Of a stretch of 64,000 bases of DNA, positions 11,301-20,571 are shown one piece after another (positions within the stretch are counted from its first letter, which is position 1; the number at the start of each line of letters is the position of its first letter). Origin of the DNA: a virus (taxonomy: Duplodnaviria > Caudoviricetes). The stretch lies in the IMG/VR virus record IMGVR_UViG_3300033120_000579, positions 38,863 through 102,862 of that record. One strand, 5' to 3'. Position numbers and translations under genes: made by a program. Below the pieces are notes generated by a model. It was given only the letters and a program-made list of their open reading frames with translations. It searched no databases and had not been told where the DNA came from.

Positions 11301-14300
11301 CATCTTCAGTAACTCCAAATTCTTTTAATACTGATTCATAACCTAAGTTTGATAATTCACCAATCACATTAGCAATATTTCCAATCATTTGATTACCTGA
11401 AACTTCTTCATTATTTAAAATAAATTCTTTATCTAAATTAAAAGCAAGACCTTGAAATATATTCTTTTGAATTTGAGAACCTACTTCAGTATCATGCATT
11501 CCTTTAACAGGTAAATCTTGTTGAAGTTTCCATCCATTAGAAGGAATTGTAAATGGTTTAAATTCAAAATTATCTAAAAGTTGACCATTATCATTATGAA
11601 TCTTAGTTGGTTGATTAGAGCCTACTTTAATTGCATCAAATGTAACTAACTCATCAACTTCTTGAGCAATCATTTGATCATATATTTTTTCAAGTTCATT
11701 ACCTTTACGTAGTTTAGGTGATAAAACAGCTTGTGAATATTTAAGAAATATTGGAATTCCATCTACAACTTGAAAGTAAACACCTTTTAATGGTGGAGCT
11801 ACAGCTTTTAACTCTTCTACAGTAAATGGTTCATTATTATTACCAAGTAATTTTTCATATACAGAATCATAAATATTATTCCATTTACCAATAGATTGTA
11901 CTAAAGTTTTCCATCTAGTTGGAGTAATCCAAGCTTGTGCATCTGCAGAATTAATATTTTTATATTTATTAGCTAAATCTTCACCTAATAATTCAACTAA
12001 TTCTGGTAAAAAAGGTGAAGCTATCTCAACACTTTCAATTGAAGCAATTGTATAATCTTTATTAATATTATCTAATCTTTGATATAATCCATCTGTATAT
12101 GTAGCAGGTACTCTTTTTTTATAATCTATTGCATTTTTATAATATGCAACATCTCCTGCAAACATTTTAGAATATTCAACATGAGATATTAATGAATTTA
12201 TAAAGAAATCTGCAGAAGCTTTTAATGCATTATCAGATTTATAAGACTCCCATATTTTAGTATCCAGTTCTTTATTAACAATACCTTCTGAAGTTTCTTC
12301 AAATATTTTATTCTTAATTAAGTTATCTAAAGTTTCTTGAATACCATTTGATAATTCATTACTTATATAAAATTTAATATCTGATTCAAATTGTGAACCT
12401 TTTAATGTACTTAAATAAGCATTACCATTAGCATTATATATGTTTTTAAAATTTAAATCTGAACCTTTTAAAGTATTGTTAATTTTATCAAATGATAATG
12501 ATGGAAATAATTGTGATTTAAATGCATGTCCAGCTCCTAAATGATAATAAGTTCTTAATTTATCACTATTTTTAGGATCATTCATAAACTCACGTTCAAA
12601 TTTCATTCTTTTGTATTCAACATCAAAATAGTTAAAAACTATATCGATAGCTTCATTATTAATAATGATATTATCATTATCTCCATATCTAGCATTAGTA
12701 GATAAATTTCTACTAATTGCTAATTCATATTGGGTTCCTTTATCAGCAGGAGTTGTGGTTCTATAAAAAGATTGAACTCCTTTAGTAAAACCTAATACTT
12801 TATTAATTGTATCTGAAATATATTCTTGTTTTGAAATAGTTTTATTATCTTTACCTTCTCTTGCATTTTCATCCATTTGATAAGTATTAAAAGAATATAT
12901 TTCTAATTCATTAATACGTTTTTGAGATTCTTTAATTCTTTCTTGTTCTTGAACAGGTGGTGGTAAAAACTCATTAACTTGATATGTATTATCTAAAGCT
13001 AATAAATATTTCATCCAATCAGAACCTTCATTATATTTAGAAACTTCATAATGTTTTAAAAGAATATTTCTATCTTTTTTCCAAGCTTTAATTGTATTAG
13101 ATAAATATGAAGGATATGAATAAACCCACTTCTGTTTACCTGCGGTAAATACAGAAGCATCAGAACCTTCAGATATATAAAAAGCTTCAGCCTTAGCTAA
13201 TTGCTTAAATACAGTTTGATCTGATAAAACATTATCATAATTCTTATTTTTATTATCAATAATATTTTTAATAAAATAATTTATATCATTAATTGCTTTA
13301 GTAAATATAGTTTTAGATAATTCATTATCATTATTAATAAGTTTTAAATCATCAATAAAATGTTGGAATCCTTTATTAGTACTTTCAACACCTAGTTTTC
13401 TAAGAATATTAACTATATTTTGAACATTATCTAATTGATCATATTTAATTTTATTTAATTCAGTTCTAATATTAGTTAACTTATCTCTATTTTCTTTAGA
13501 AATAGTATTATCATCTGTAACAAATTTAGATTTGAAATTTTTATTCCATTCATTAAAGATATCAGATTCTTTTTTACCAGTTTCAGATATATTAATATTA
13601 GTTACTTCTTTAGTACCATCTTCATTATATTTATTAATAGTAGTATTATAATTATTAGTATCTAAATTAAATGCTTGACTAAATTCATCTTTAATATTAT
13701 TACTTAAATCTGATTGAGATAAAATTCTATATAATTCTTTAAAATAAGGTTTCTTATTTTCAAATTTTAATATTTCAGATTTTAATATTTCAAATTTATC
13801 TTCTTGAACAGCATCTTTAATAATTGCAATTTGATTTGTTAACTGAGGTAATAATGATGCATATATTTCATCAAAAGATTTATATACAGTATCATTTAAG
13901 AAATCATCTTGTTGAATAGTATCTTCAATTAAAGATAATCTTAATTTAACATTAGCTGAAATATTATTTTTAGTTGTTCTTTCATTTGAAGATATACCAA
14001 ATCCTGGATCTTTTTCATTCTCATTAATTTCAATTTCAGATAAATCAATATCTTCAATATCGTTAAATTTTTCAGAATATTTAATCTTATAAGTTTCTAA
14101 TGAATTAACTACATTTTTTACAATTTCATCTAAATTTTCATTTAATGCAATTTCTAATAATTCAGCAGTATCTTCAAATAAATAATCACCACTATCTTTA
14201 AATATATTAATTCTTTCATTTAATTTATTAACAATACTATCTCTAATTGAAATAGTTTTTGTATTCAAATCAATATTTTCAAAATCAATTTTTAGATTAT

Positions 14301-14694
14301 TTTTAAAATAGTTATTAACAAGTACTTTAGTAATACGTTCAATTTGTTCATTTGAAAATAAAGATTTTAATGATTTAGTATTTTCAATAATTTCAACTTT
14401 ATTCTTATCTTTATCTATATAATAATAGTTACCATTCTTTTCATTCTTAAAAAGTTTAGGTTCACCATTTTCTTCAATACGAGATATTTCTTGTTGATAA
14501 CTATAATCTACAGATTGCATTAAAGGTTCTATACCATAATCATCAACCCAATTACCAAAATTAGTTAAGAAATCAATATCGTTTTTAAAATAGGAATGAA
14601 GAGTTATTGCTAACTCCTCATCACCATTATAAGCTTCTAGTATTGTATTATATAAATTGGATTCTTGTCCATTTACTTCAAATTTACATGCCAT
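8374..14694 (-). CDS. Virion-packaged single-chain RNA polymerase (phi14:2 gp66-like, 2106 aa)
   Basis: GYRIPNQG and TGSDYDIDKMY (DxDxD catalytic loop), ADAQAWI, KGVY...LKYS, LQQD, AFVDIAKDP; size and position match crAss-like virion RNAP. Confidence 0.92.
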   Translation of the reverse strand: MACKFEVNGQESNLYNTILEAYNGDEELAITLHSYFKNDIDFLTNFGNWVDDYGIEPLMQSVDYSYQQEISRIEENGEPKLFKNEKNGNYYYIDKDKNKVEIIENTKSLKSLFSNEQIERITKVLVNNYFKNNLKIDFENIDLNTKTISIRDSIVNKLNERINIFKDSGDYLFEDTAELLEIALNENLDEIVKNVVNSLETYKIKYSEKFNDIEDIDLSEIEINENEKDPGFGISSNERTTKNNISANVKLRLSLIEDTIQQDDFLNDTVYKSFDEIYASLLPQLTNQIAIIKDAVQEDKFEILKSEILKFENKKPYFKELYRILSQSDLSNNIKDEFSQAFNLDTNNYNTTINKYNEDGTKEVTNINISETGKKESDIFNEWNKNFKSKFVTDDNTISKENRDKLTNIRTELNKIKYDQLDNVQNIVNILRKLGVESTNKGFQHFIDDLKLINNDNELSKTIFTKAINDINYFIKNIIDNKNKNYDNVLSDQTVFKQLAKAEAFYISEGSDASVFTAGKQKWVYSYPSYLSNTIKAWKKDRNILLKHYEVSKYNEGSDWMKYLLALDNTYQVNEFLPPPVQEQERIKESQKRINELEIYSFNTYQMDENAREGKDNKTISKQEYISDTINKVLGFTKGVQSFYRTTTPADKGTQYELAISRNLSTNARYGDNDNIIINNEAIDIVFNYFDVEYKRMKFEREFMNDPKNSDKLRTYYHLGAGHAFKSQLFPSLSFDKINNTLKGSDLNFKNIYNANGNAYLSTLKGSQFESDIKFYISNELSNGIQETLDNLIKNKIFEETSEGIVNKELDTKIWESYKSDNALKASADFFINSLISHVEYSKMFAGDVAYYKNAIDYKKRVPATYTDGLYQRLDNINKDYTIASIESVEIASPFLPELVELLGEDLANKYKNINSADAQAWITPTRWKTLVQSIGKWNNIYDSVYEKLLGNNNEPFTVEELKAVAPPLKGVYFQVVDGIPIFLKYSQAVLSPKLRKGNELEKIYDQMIAQEVDELVTFDAIKVGSNQPTKIHNDNGQLLDNFEFKPFTIPSNGWKLQQDLPVKGMHDTEVGSQIQKNIFQGLAFNLDKEFILNNEEVSGNQMIGNIANVIGELSNLGYESVLKEFGVTEDGTITNIEGFYNSIISELKSRGGSQNVIDALESEISIYGVAQAKDKLQNIFSSILTKRILKIKTNGGSFIQMSNFGLNKENANKQGVIWSPRALSTTHEPQFLKDENGEFILSENGKKVIRPGGILLSGSFIAKYIPDYKKYTAEQLFNEVIDKRILENIIGYRIPNQGLSSNDALEIVGILPEETGDTVVAYTGITTKTGSDYDIDKMYLMFPAYKVENNKLVYQNYDNSKPESEQTKEALQNRLIELYKSVLLNENVIGEVMTPVDFDYIKNDIRSISKVAPTTNLSTFNQLKDIDVKYSFLAGKAGVGQQANSLMDYVLGSLADLNITNFEVPRSNDKLDMEYSQELSQSDLDYYAKELNLSKEEVNKLKSIKIGHSLSAILNAFVDIAKDPYITEGNWVTMTTNTGNLLLRKGVHPFYVNAFLAQPVIKEYVEFSEQYESSQNQGLSTMEAFIKQRFGQEEYKNYFKGNIFNKNLNTLRSNILDIDDKFQMDVFNTFLEYQSASKAIKTNIDASKFMVNGIGGSVNSLIISKNAVDSILDAEEKYNNLSYEDKIKFKKNIILGFSSKFTNPNGSESMFSKYYKNIIIKPEQIVKANPKLFLIANDTIQDTFNEISHNVNNEVLLDQNLSKQLDKTFYSYIMSGFQPLKMTNQERRDLTLNFVKEFELFKEDNEGLYSIIDQMTIKQGDILQFVGLNNRKKSKEFEDSMTNSFLDLLNDHEEFANKLIKYSYLTSGFNNHMSQFFTMIPTQWFNRNNINRYIIDTSFKYDGYEEFNDDNFIDQFFLSNLEDTKFVKNITDGQIQKELRNLNGFLVKKPGKVSYFRIKKNDQGLPPIYYKLIGYNSNYQGIYTRFIPNINGEYTDIKNLNVKDKKGNRIINFDIEGINLREPTKGIAGIMNKQQLEFFNNEAIYPRDIFYRENVIVKKESELEDKLWIQNKEVMEESNINEEQFNDMIREFGEEYVKEYIKKCK

Positions 14695-14696
14695 AA

Positions 14697-17600
14697 TTAT
14701 TTACATCTTTTTTTGTATTCTTGAGGATACATTTCTTTAAACATTTCAAAATCTCTTAATTCTTTTTCAGTAGTTAAAGTTCCCTCTTGTTTCTTTTTAA
14801 ATAAAACATCCATTCTTCTAAAATCAGTTTGTCTTTCTTTAGGAGTTCTTTTAGTATCAAAAACTTTATCTTGAGTTTCTTTTATTTCAGTATTTTCCAC
14901 AGTTCCAGGTATTTCTGACAAAGATAAGAAATTTTCTTGAGAATTCCTATTATTTTGTTGATTATTTTTAAATCTTTTAATTACTTCAGATAAAGCTTCT
15001 TTAGGATAACCTTTTTCATCTACATTATTTCTCCAAAATTCTTCCGCTTTTTCTTCTATAGTTTTTTCTTTTTCAAACAAATCATCAAATCCTGTATTAT
15101 CAGCTTTAACTTCAACACCTGCTTCTGAAACTTTTGGTTGATTAGCTACTGTAATACCTGTATTTAAATAAATATTAGTATAACCTTGAAATGTTGGTTC
15201 ATTAACTACTGCATTTGTAGATAATATATTATTATCAACTAAATATTTAAGATAATCTGCAGAATTAGATTTAAGATTAGTTTTGGTATTATCTGTTTCA
15301 GATTTCATATTAATTTTAATCTGATGTCTTTTTTGGTTAACTAAAAAATCTGTAATATTTACTTGTGCTAAATCTATAAATTTTGGAGTTGTAAATTGAT
15401 CTCCATAATATAAGACACCATTTTCAATTCTTATTCTAGATTTAATATTATCAGATTGATATACTAATAAATCTACAATTTCTTGAAGTTTAATATCATT
15501 TTTATTACCACCAATTATATTTAATTCTGCTTCAAAATTAACTGTAATTGCTTCTTTCAATTCTTCATTAATTTCAGAAATAGTTGTATCCAATGATTTC
15601 TCATTAGTTATAATCTCTTTATAAATTTCATAAAGTAAATAAGCTTCACTTTCACTAATCTTTTTAATATTAAGTTTGAGTGGAAAAAGTTTACCATTAG
15701 CTTGAGGAATAGTTAAATATATTTCACCTGCAGCATTTGGTTTAATTTTATCATTGTTAAATTCAAATATTTTATCATTTAATATATTTTGCAATTTACC
15801 AAATGAATTAACTACATATAAATTTTCTCTAATATAATTTAAATCTTTAACTCCGTCTAATTGAAGAATATTATTATTAGCAAATCTATTTTCATCTACT
15901 TTTAATATACCTTTATATTGATCTTGAATTGTAGTTTTAATATCATTAATATCAATACCTTTAATTAAATTATTAACAATATCAATTCTTAATAACTCTG
16001 TAGCAGGATTGATTTCATCTGTAATTCTTCTAGTTTCAATTGGAGCTTTAACTTCATTTGTAAATTGTACATTTATAGGTAAATAATCTATTAGTAATTT
16101 AGGATTAGAAAAATCTTTATTATTAAATGCATTTAAAGCTTCTAATACTTTAGGATTTTTACCAGGATTTTGATTAATTTCAAATCCAACTTCCTTACCA
16201 GATTTATTAACAGGTTCTCTCTCGTATTCTAAATATAAAGGAAATTGTTCTGATATAAATTGTAATGGTAATCCAGTATTTCTATCTGTACTAATAACTT
16301 TAACACCTAACCCGCTATCTACTTCACTATTTTGAATACTATTAAGCTCTTCTACTGTATTATTTTCAGCTTCTTGAGGTATAAGTTCATCTGTAATAAC
16401 TGAACCTTCTGTAGCTGTTAAACCATCATAAGTAGTTACATTATTGAAATCATTATCTTCTTGTGTAGCATCTTCTCTTTCTTGATTATTAATAACTTCT
16501 TCAACAGCAATAATTTCAGCTTCTTTTTCATTAGCTTGTTGTTGAATTATTGTATCTGCTGGAGTATCTGTTTTAGGAAGATTTTGAAGTTCATCTACAG
16601 TTGTAGCATTAGTTATAATTTCAGTAGCTTTATTTACAATAGCTTCATTTTCAAGACTAGCTTGTTCTCTTAATTTATTATTATCTTTAATATGTTCTGC
16701 AAATTGTTTATTTACATCTTCATCGTTCCAAATAGTACCATTAATAATTTCTTCTATTTCAGATATTTCTTTTTCTATAGATTCAATTTGATTATTTATT
16801 AATTTAACTCTAGGGTCTGTATCAGTTTTTTTAAATTTATAAATTTCTTCTGAAACACCTTCAATAAAGTTTTCATTTAATTCTCTAGTTAATTCATTAC
16901 TACCCAAATCTTTTAATAATTTAGATTTTTGAATATTAAGTTTTTTAAGTTCTCCTTTTTGAAAATATTCTGAACCTTTAAGATTAATATATAAATCTCC
17001 TAACATATTATAATAATCTATAGTATCTTGAGGAGTTGCATTTGGATTATCAAGATTAATTAAACTTTTACTAAAATCTTTATAAGTATTTAATTGATCT
17101 TGCATATATGTAGCTTGTTCAATTATTTTAGTTTTTAAAGTTTTAGCATCTTCATTATTAACTATTTCTTCAGTTTTTAAAGTTTCATCTAAATATTGTG
17201 ATAAAGCTTGAATACCTAATTCACCTTTATTAATGAATGGAGTTATAAGTTGATTTATTGCTTCATTCTTTAAAGTTTGAATCACTTGTTCATTACCTTC
17301 TTGAATAGCTTGATCAAATAATTGACTTTGTTGTTCAGTATAATTTAAAGCTTTAGCTACATCTCTTACTTTTACAGGATCATATTGAGGTTGATTATTT
17401 TTATAAATAATATCACCATTTTGGTCTCTTTTATAAGTATCTGTTTCATTAATTCTATTAAAAGAACCAACTTTTTCTTCAGCTAAACTAAGCACATCTT
17501 GAGTTTGTTTACGTGTAGCTATATCAGATTTAGCTCCTTGATAAGCTGACACACCACTACCTAGAAATCCACCTAAAAAGATTGCTTTTTGACCATCTGT

Positions 17601-18797
17601 AGTATTTAAAGTATCAATATAACTAGAAACTAATTCAGGAATGTTAAAATCTTTTAACATATTGTTAGTTAACTGTCCTTTATTAGCTTTATCTGTAAAC
17701 ATTGTTTCAACAGTAGATTGAGTACCTTCTTCTAAAAAACCTTCAGAGGCAGTCGCACCTAATATATTCTTAGTTCTATTACTAATTTTACTCATTAATG
17801 AAGGAGTATCTTTAACTAATTGACTACCAACGCCTTTACCCCAAATCATCTTAGTTTGAATTGCATTTGGAACTAAAAGTATAGCTAGATTAGATACAAA
17901 TATATCTCTACCTAATCTAGCTTTTTGAATTTGTAATTCTTCATATTGAGTTTGATCTATTTCACCAGAAGCTAATCTTCTATCTATATCTTTTTGAAAA
18001 CTATCCATTGCTGAACCAGCTTCTGAACCAGATTCAAATAAAGTATTAGCCATTGTCATCGCTCCTAAATCTATATTATTGGCAGTTATACCTAAACTTT
18101 CTAAAGTATTAACAGCTCCAGCTAATTTAGATTCACCATTTATCATAGATAAACCTTTAGCAGTAGTACCTAATACTTTCTCACCTAAATTAAGACTTTT
18201 TAAAGCTGCTCCAGGTGCAAACATAGATGCTATAAAACCTATACCGTCAGCACCTTCGGTAGCCCAGAAATCTATAGATGTTATATTATCCATAAGATTT
18301 CCTTCTGAAACTGCTTTTTTTACATATACTGGTAATAATTCAGTATTGATATTTTCATTTAATTGAGATAAAGATTTAATCCATTGATTATTAAAAGCAG
18401 TATCCCAACCCTCACCTTCTTCTGCAAATGGAGCGGCTAATATACCACCAACAACTCCAGGCATTTTTAATATTTCTGTTACAGCTTTTGTACCAATTCT
18501 ACCAATACCTGCTCCAATTTTAGCTAAATTAGATTGAGATTGTGCTCTATTTTCATTAATAGAACCTATTGGATCTAATTCATCTAATTGAGAATCAAAA
18601 TTAAATTCTTCATCATATTTAGAATCACCAAACCCAGTATTATAGTATAATTTATTAGAATAAACTTTACCTAAATCTGTAAAATTATTAGGTTTATCTA
18701 AATTTTGAGCTACACTTCTAAAAGTTTTAGTTTTAGGTTCTCCAGGAGAACTGTTTATATTTGGACTTGAATTATTTACCAATTGAGCCATAAGCAT
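14697..18797 (-). CDS. Giant virion cargo/ejection protein (about 1364 aa; start probably ATG 18791)
   Basis: Gly/Ala-rich membrane-like helices in the N-terminal third, EGFLEEGTQ motif, coiled coils; directly upstream of the RNAP. Confidence 0.75.
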   Translation of the reverse strand: MLMAQLVNNSSPNINSSPGEPKTKTFRSVAQNLDKPNNFTDLGKVYSNKLYYNTGFGDSKYDEEFNFDSQLDELDPIGSINENRAQSQSNLAKIGAGIGRIGTKAVTEILKMPGVVGGILAAPFAEEGEGWDTAFNNQWIKSLSQLNENINTELLPVYVKKAVSEGNLMDNITSIDFWATEGADGIGFIASMFAPGAALKSLNLGEKVLGTTAKGLSMINGESKLAGAVNTLESLGITANNIDLGAMTMANTLFESGSEAGSAMDSFQKDIDRRLASGEIDQTQYEELQIQKARLGRDIFVSNLAILLVPNAIQTKMIWGKGVGSQLVKDTPSLMSKISNRTKNILGATASEGFLEEGTQSTVETMFTDKANKGQLTNNMLKDFNIPELVSSYIDTLNTTDGQKAIFLGGFLGSGVSAYQGAKSDIATRKQTQDVLSLAEEKVGSFNRINETDTYKRDQNGDIIYKNNQPQYDPVKVRDVAKALNYTEQQSQLFDQAIQEGNEQVIQTLKNEAINQLITPFINKGELGIQALSQYLDETLKTEEIVNNEDAKTLKTKIIEQATYMQDQLNTYKDFSKSLINLDNPNATPQDTIDYYNMLGDLYINLKGSEYFQKGELKKLNIQKSKLLKDLGSNELTRELNENFIEGVSEEIYKFKKTDTDPRVKLINNQIESIEKEISEIEEIINGTIWNDEDVNKQFAEHIKDNNKLREQASLENEAIVNKATEIITNATTVDELQNLPKTDTPADTIIQQQANEKEAEIIAVEEVINNQEREDATQEDNDFNNVTTYDGLTATEGSVITDELIPQEAENNTVEELNSIQNSEVDSGLGVKVISTDRNTGLPLQFISEQFPLYLEYEREPVNKSGKEVGFEINQNPGKNPKVLEALNAFNNKDFSNPKLLIDYLPINVQFTNEVKAPIETRRITDEINPATELLRIDIVNNLIKGIDINDIKTTIQDQYKGILKVDENRFANNNILQLDGVKDLNYIRENLYVVNSFGKLQNILNDKIFEFNNDKIKPNAAGEIYLTIPQANGKLFPLKLNIKKISESEAYLLYEIYKEIITNEKSLDTTISEINEELKEAITVNFEAELNIIGGNKNDIKLQEIVDLLVYQSDNIKSRIRIENGVLYYGDQFTTPKFIDLAQVNITDFLVNQKRHQIKINMKSETDNTKTNLKSNSADYLKYLVDNNILSTNAVVNEPTFQGYTNIYLNTGITVANQPKVSEAGVEVKADNTGFDDLFEKEKTIEEKAEEFWRNNVDEKGYPKEALSEVIKRFKNNQQNNRNSQENFLSLSEIPGTVENTEIKETQDKVFDTKRTPKERQTDFRRMDVLFKKKQEGTLTTEKELRDFEMFKEMYPQEYKKRCK
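14917..14950 (-). promoter_or_regulatory. Intragenic Bacteroidota-type promoter upstream of the RNAP gene
   Basis: Minus strand ATAGGA-N18-TATCTTTGTC, with the same boxes and 18-nt spacer as the seven intergenic copies. Confidence 0.65.
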
Positions 18798-20571
18798 TTA
18801 ATATAAATTCTTGAAATTTTGCATCAGGAAACTCCTGATCTACATTTGTACCATCATTATCGATATAAGATAAATTATAACTATTTTTATTTTTATTATA
18901 TTTAATTTCTACATTTTTTAAACCGTATGCTTCAAATAAAGGAGATTTGATTTCATGATAAATACCAGGTTGAATGTCTGCAATTTTACTAATTCCACTA
19001 ATAGTTTCCATAGCTTTAAATTGAGGAGTATTAAAATCATCAGCACCTCTACTTACATATACAGTTTTAACTTCACCAGTTTCTTTATCAATTAAAACTC
19101 CTGTTCTAGCACCAATATTTTGTTTAGGATTTGTAAATTTATTACCAATATTAGATTTAGGTGTCATATCTCCACTATATGTGAAAGTAAAATTACCTAA
19201 TTCATTTTTATCAATTTTATTACCATCTTCATCTACCATATCATAAGCTCCTCTTTGAACACGTTCTAAAATAAGATTACCTGCTTTTTCTTTACTATCT
19301 TTACCTGTTAATTCTTTACTTGCAAACAACATTGCTTGTGGGTTTGTATTAGGATCTACATATCTATTTTGAACAGTTACATCTTTATTATCTTCTAAAT
19401 ATTTAGTCACAGCATTCTGAACTTTTTGACTTTTTAAATCTGAACCAAGTTTTTGGGTTCTAGCAATACCTCTAGCTAATTTTAAATATTCTTGAGAATC
19501 TAAGGTTTCTTTTTTTGCTTTTTCTTTAAATTGTGCAGTATTTAAATTTTGTTTAATTCCAGCTCTAGATGCAACAATATCAATTGGTTGATTATCACTA
19601 TATGAAATATTTCCTTTTAATCTATTTAATAAATCAGAATTTTTAGTAATACTAACACCTTCAACATTAACTGCTTCTAAATTTCCTTCTTCTACATCTT
19701 TTTTAGTAAAACCTTGAACATTATAATCAGTTTCTCTAGTATCATCTAATTTATAAGTTTTCATCATACCTAAACCATTATTAATTTCATTAATAATTCT
19801 TTTAGGATCAATTCTTTCAAAATTAGCTGAAGCAGTTCCTTCACCTGTTGAATTAATCCATCTACTAGCCAAATAATCTTGAGCTTCTTTTAGTTGAGGT
19901 ATATTACTAGTTTCAACAACTCTACCTTTACCATCCATTACAACAAGACTACCATTCGGTCCTTCTTGAAAACTAAATCCATTATTTTTCATAATAGTTC
20001 TAGTATTTTCTCCAAGTAAAGATTTTACAGTTTTTAAATCTTCCTGTAAAATTAACCTTTTAGGTGCACCATAAGGTGTAATATTAGTTATGTTTTTATT
20101 TTCATCAAAACCTGTATATTTAGGTTTATGTAATGTTTCCCAATTATATAAAGCATCTTCTCTAGAAAAACCTTTATTTTTAGTAGCATCTTCTAAATAT
20201 TCTTTAAAATTATCAGCATAAACTTTTTTAGCTGTATTAATTTGACCTAATCTACCTGTTGGAGATATAAGATTCTGATATTCTCTATTTAATGCTAAAA
20301 ATTGTCCTTGTGTATTTGAATTAACACCTTCTCTACTTAATAATTCAGCTTGAGATGTTAATTTATCTTCTATTTGAGATTTAAGATTTAAAGCTTCATT
20401 CATATGTACATCCAACGGATCAACTTTAGCAAGACCCTGTTTTAATAACTCCTGTTGAGCTATTAATTGATCATGTTTTTGTCTTTGCATTAAAGGTGTA
20501 TAAAGTATCTCTTGCATTGATAATGGAGAGAATTTTGAAACACTTCCTGAACTATAACGATTTACTGCCAT
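18772..20571 (-). CDS. Virion cargo/core protein (599 aa)
   Basis: Cys-free helical protein in the cargo operon; coupled to neighbours. Confidence 0.65.
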   Translation of the reverse strand: MAVNRYSSGSVSKFSPLSMQEILYTPLMQRQKHDQLIAQQELLKQGLAKVDPLDVHMNEALNLKSQIEDKLTSQAELLSREGVNSNTQGQFLALNREYQNLISPTGRLGQINTAKKVYADNFKEYLEDATKNKGFSREDALYNWETLHKPKYTGFDENKNITNITPYGAPKRLILQEDLKTVKSLLGENTRTIMKNNGFSFQEGPNGSLVVMDGKGRVVETSNIPQLKEAQDYLASRWINSTGEGTASANFERIDPKRIINEINNGLGMMKTYKLDDTRETDYNVQGFTKKDVEEGNLEAVNVEGVSITKNSDLLNRLKGNISYSDNQPIDIVASRAGIKQNLNTAQFKEKAKKETLDSQEYLKLARGIARTQKLGSDLKSQKVQNAVTKYLEDNKDVTVQNRYVDPNTNPQAMLFASKELTGKDSKEKAGNLILERVQRGAYDMVDEDGNKIDKNELGNFTFTYSGDMTPKSNIGNKFTNPKQNIGARTGVLIDKETGEVKTVYVSRGADDFNTPQFKAMETISGISKIADIQPGIYHEIKSPLFEAYGLKNVEIKYNKNKNSYNLSYIDNDGTNVDQEFPDAKFQEFILNAYGSIGK

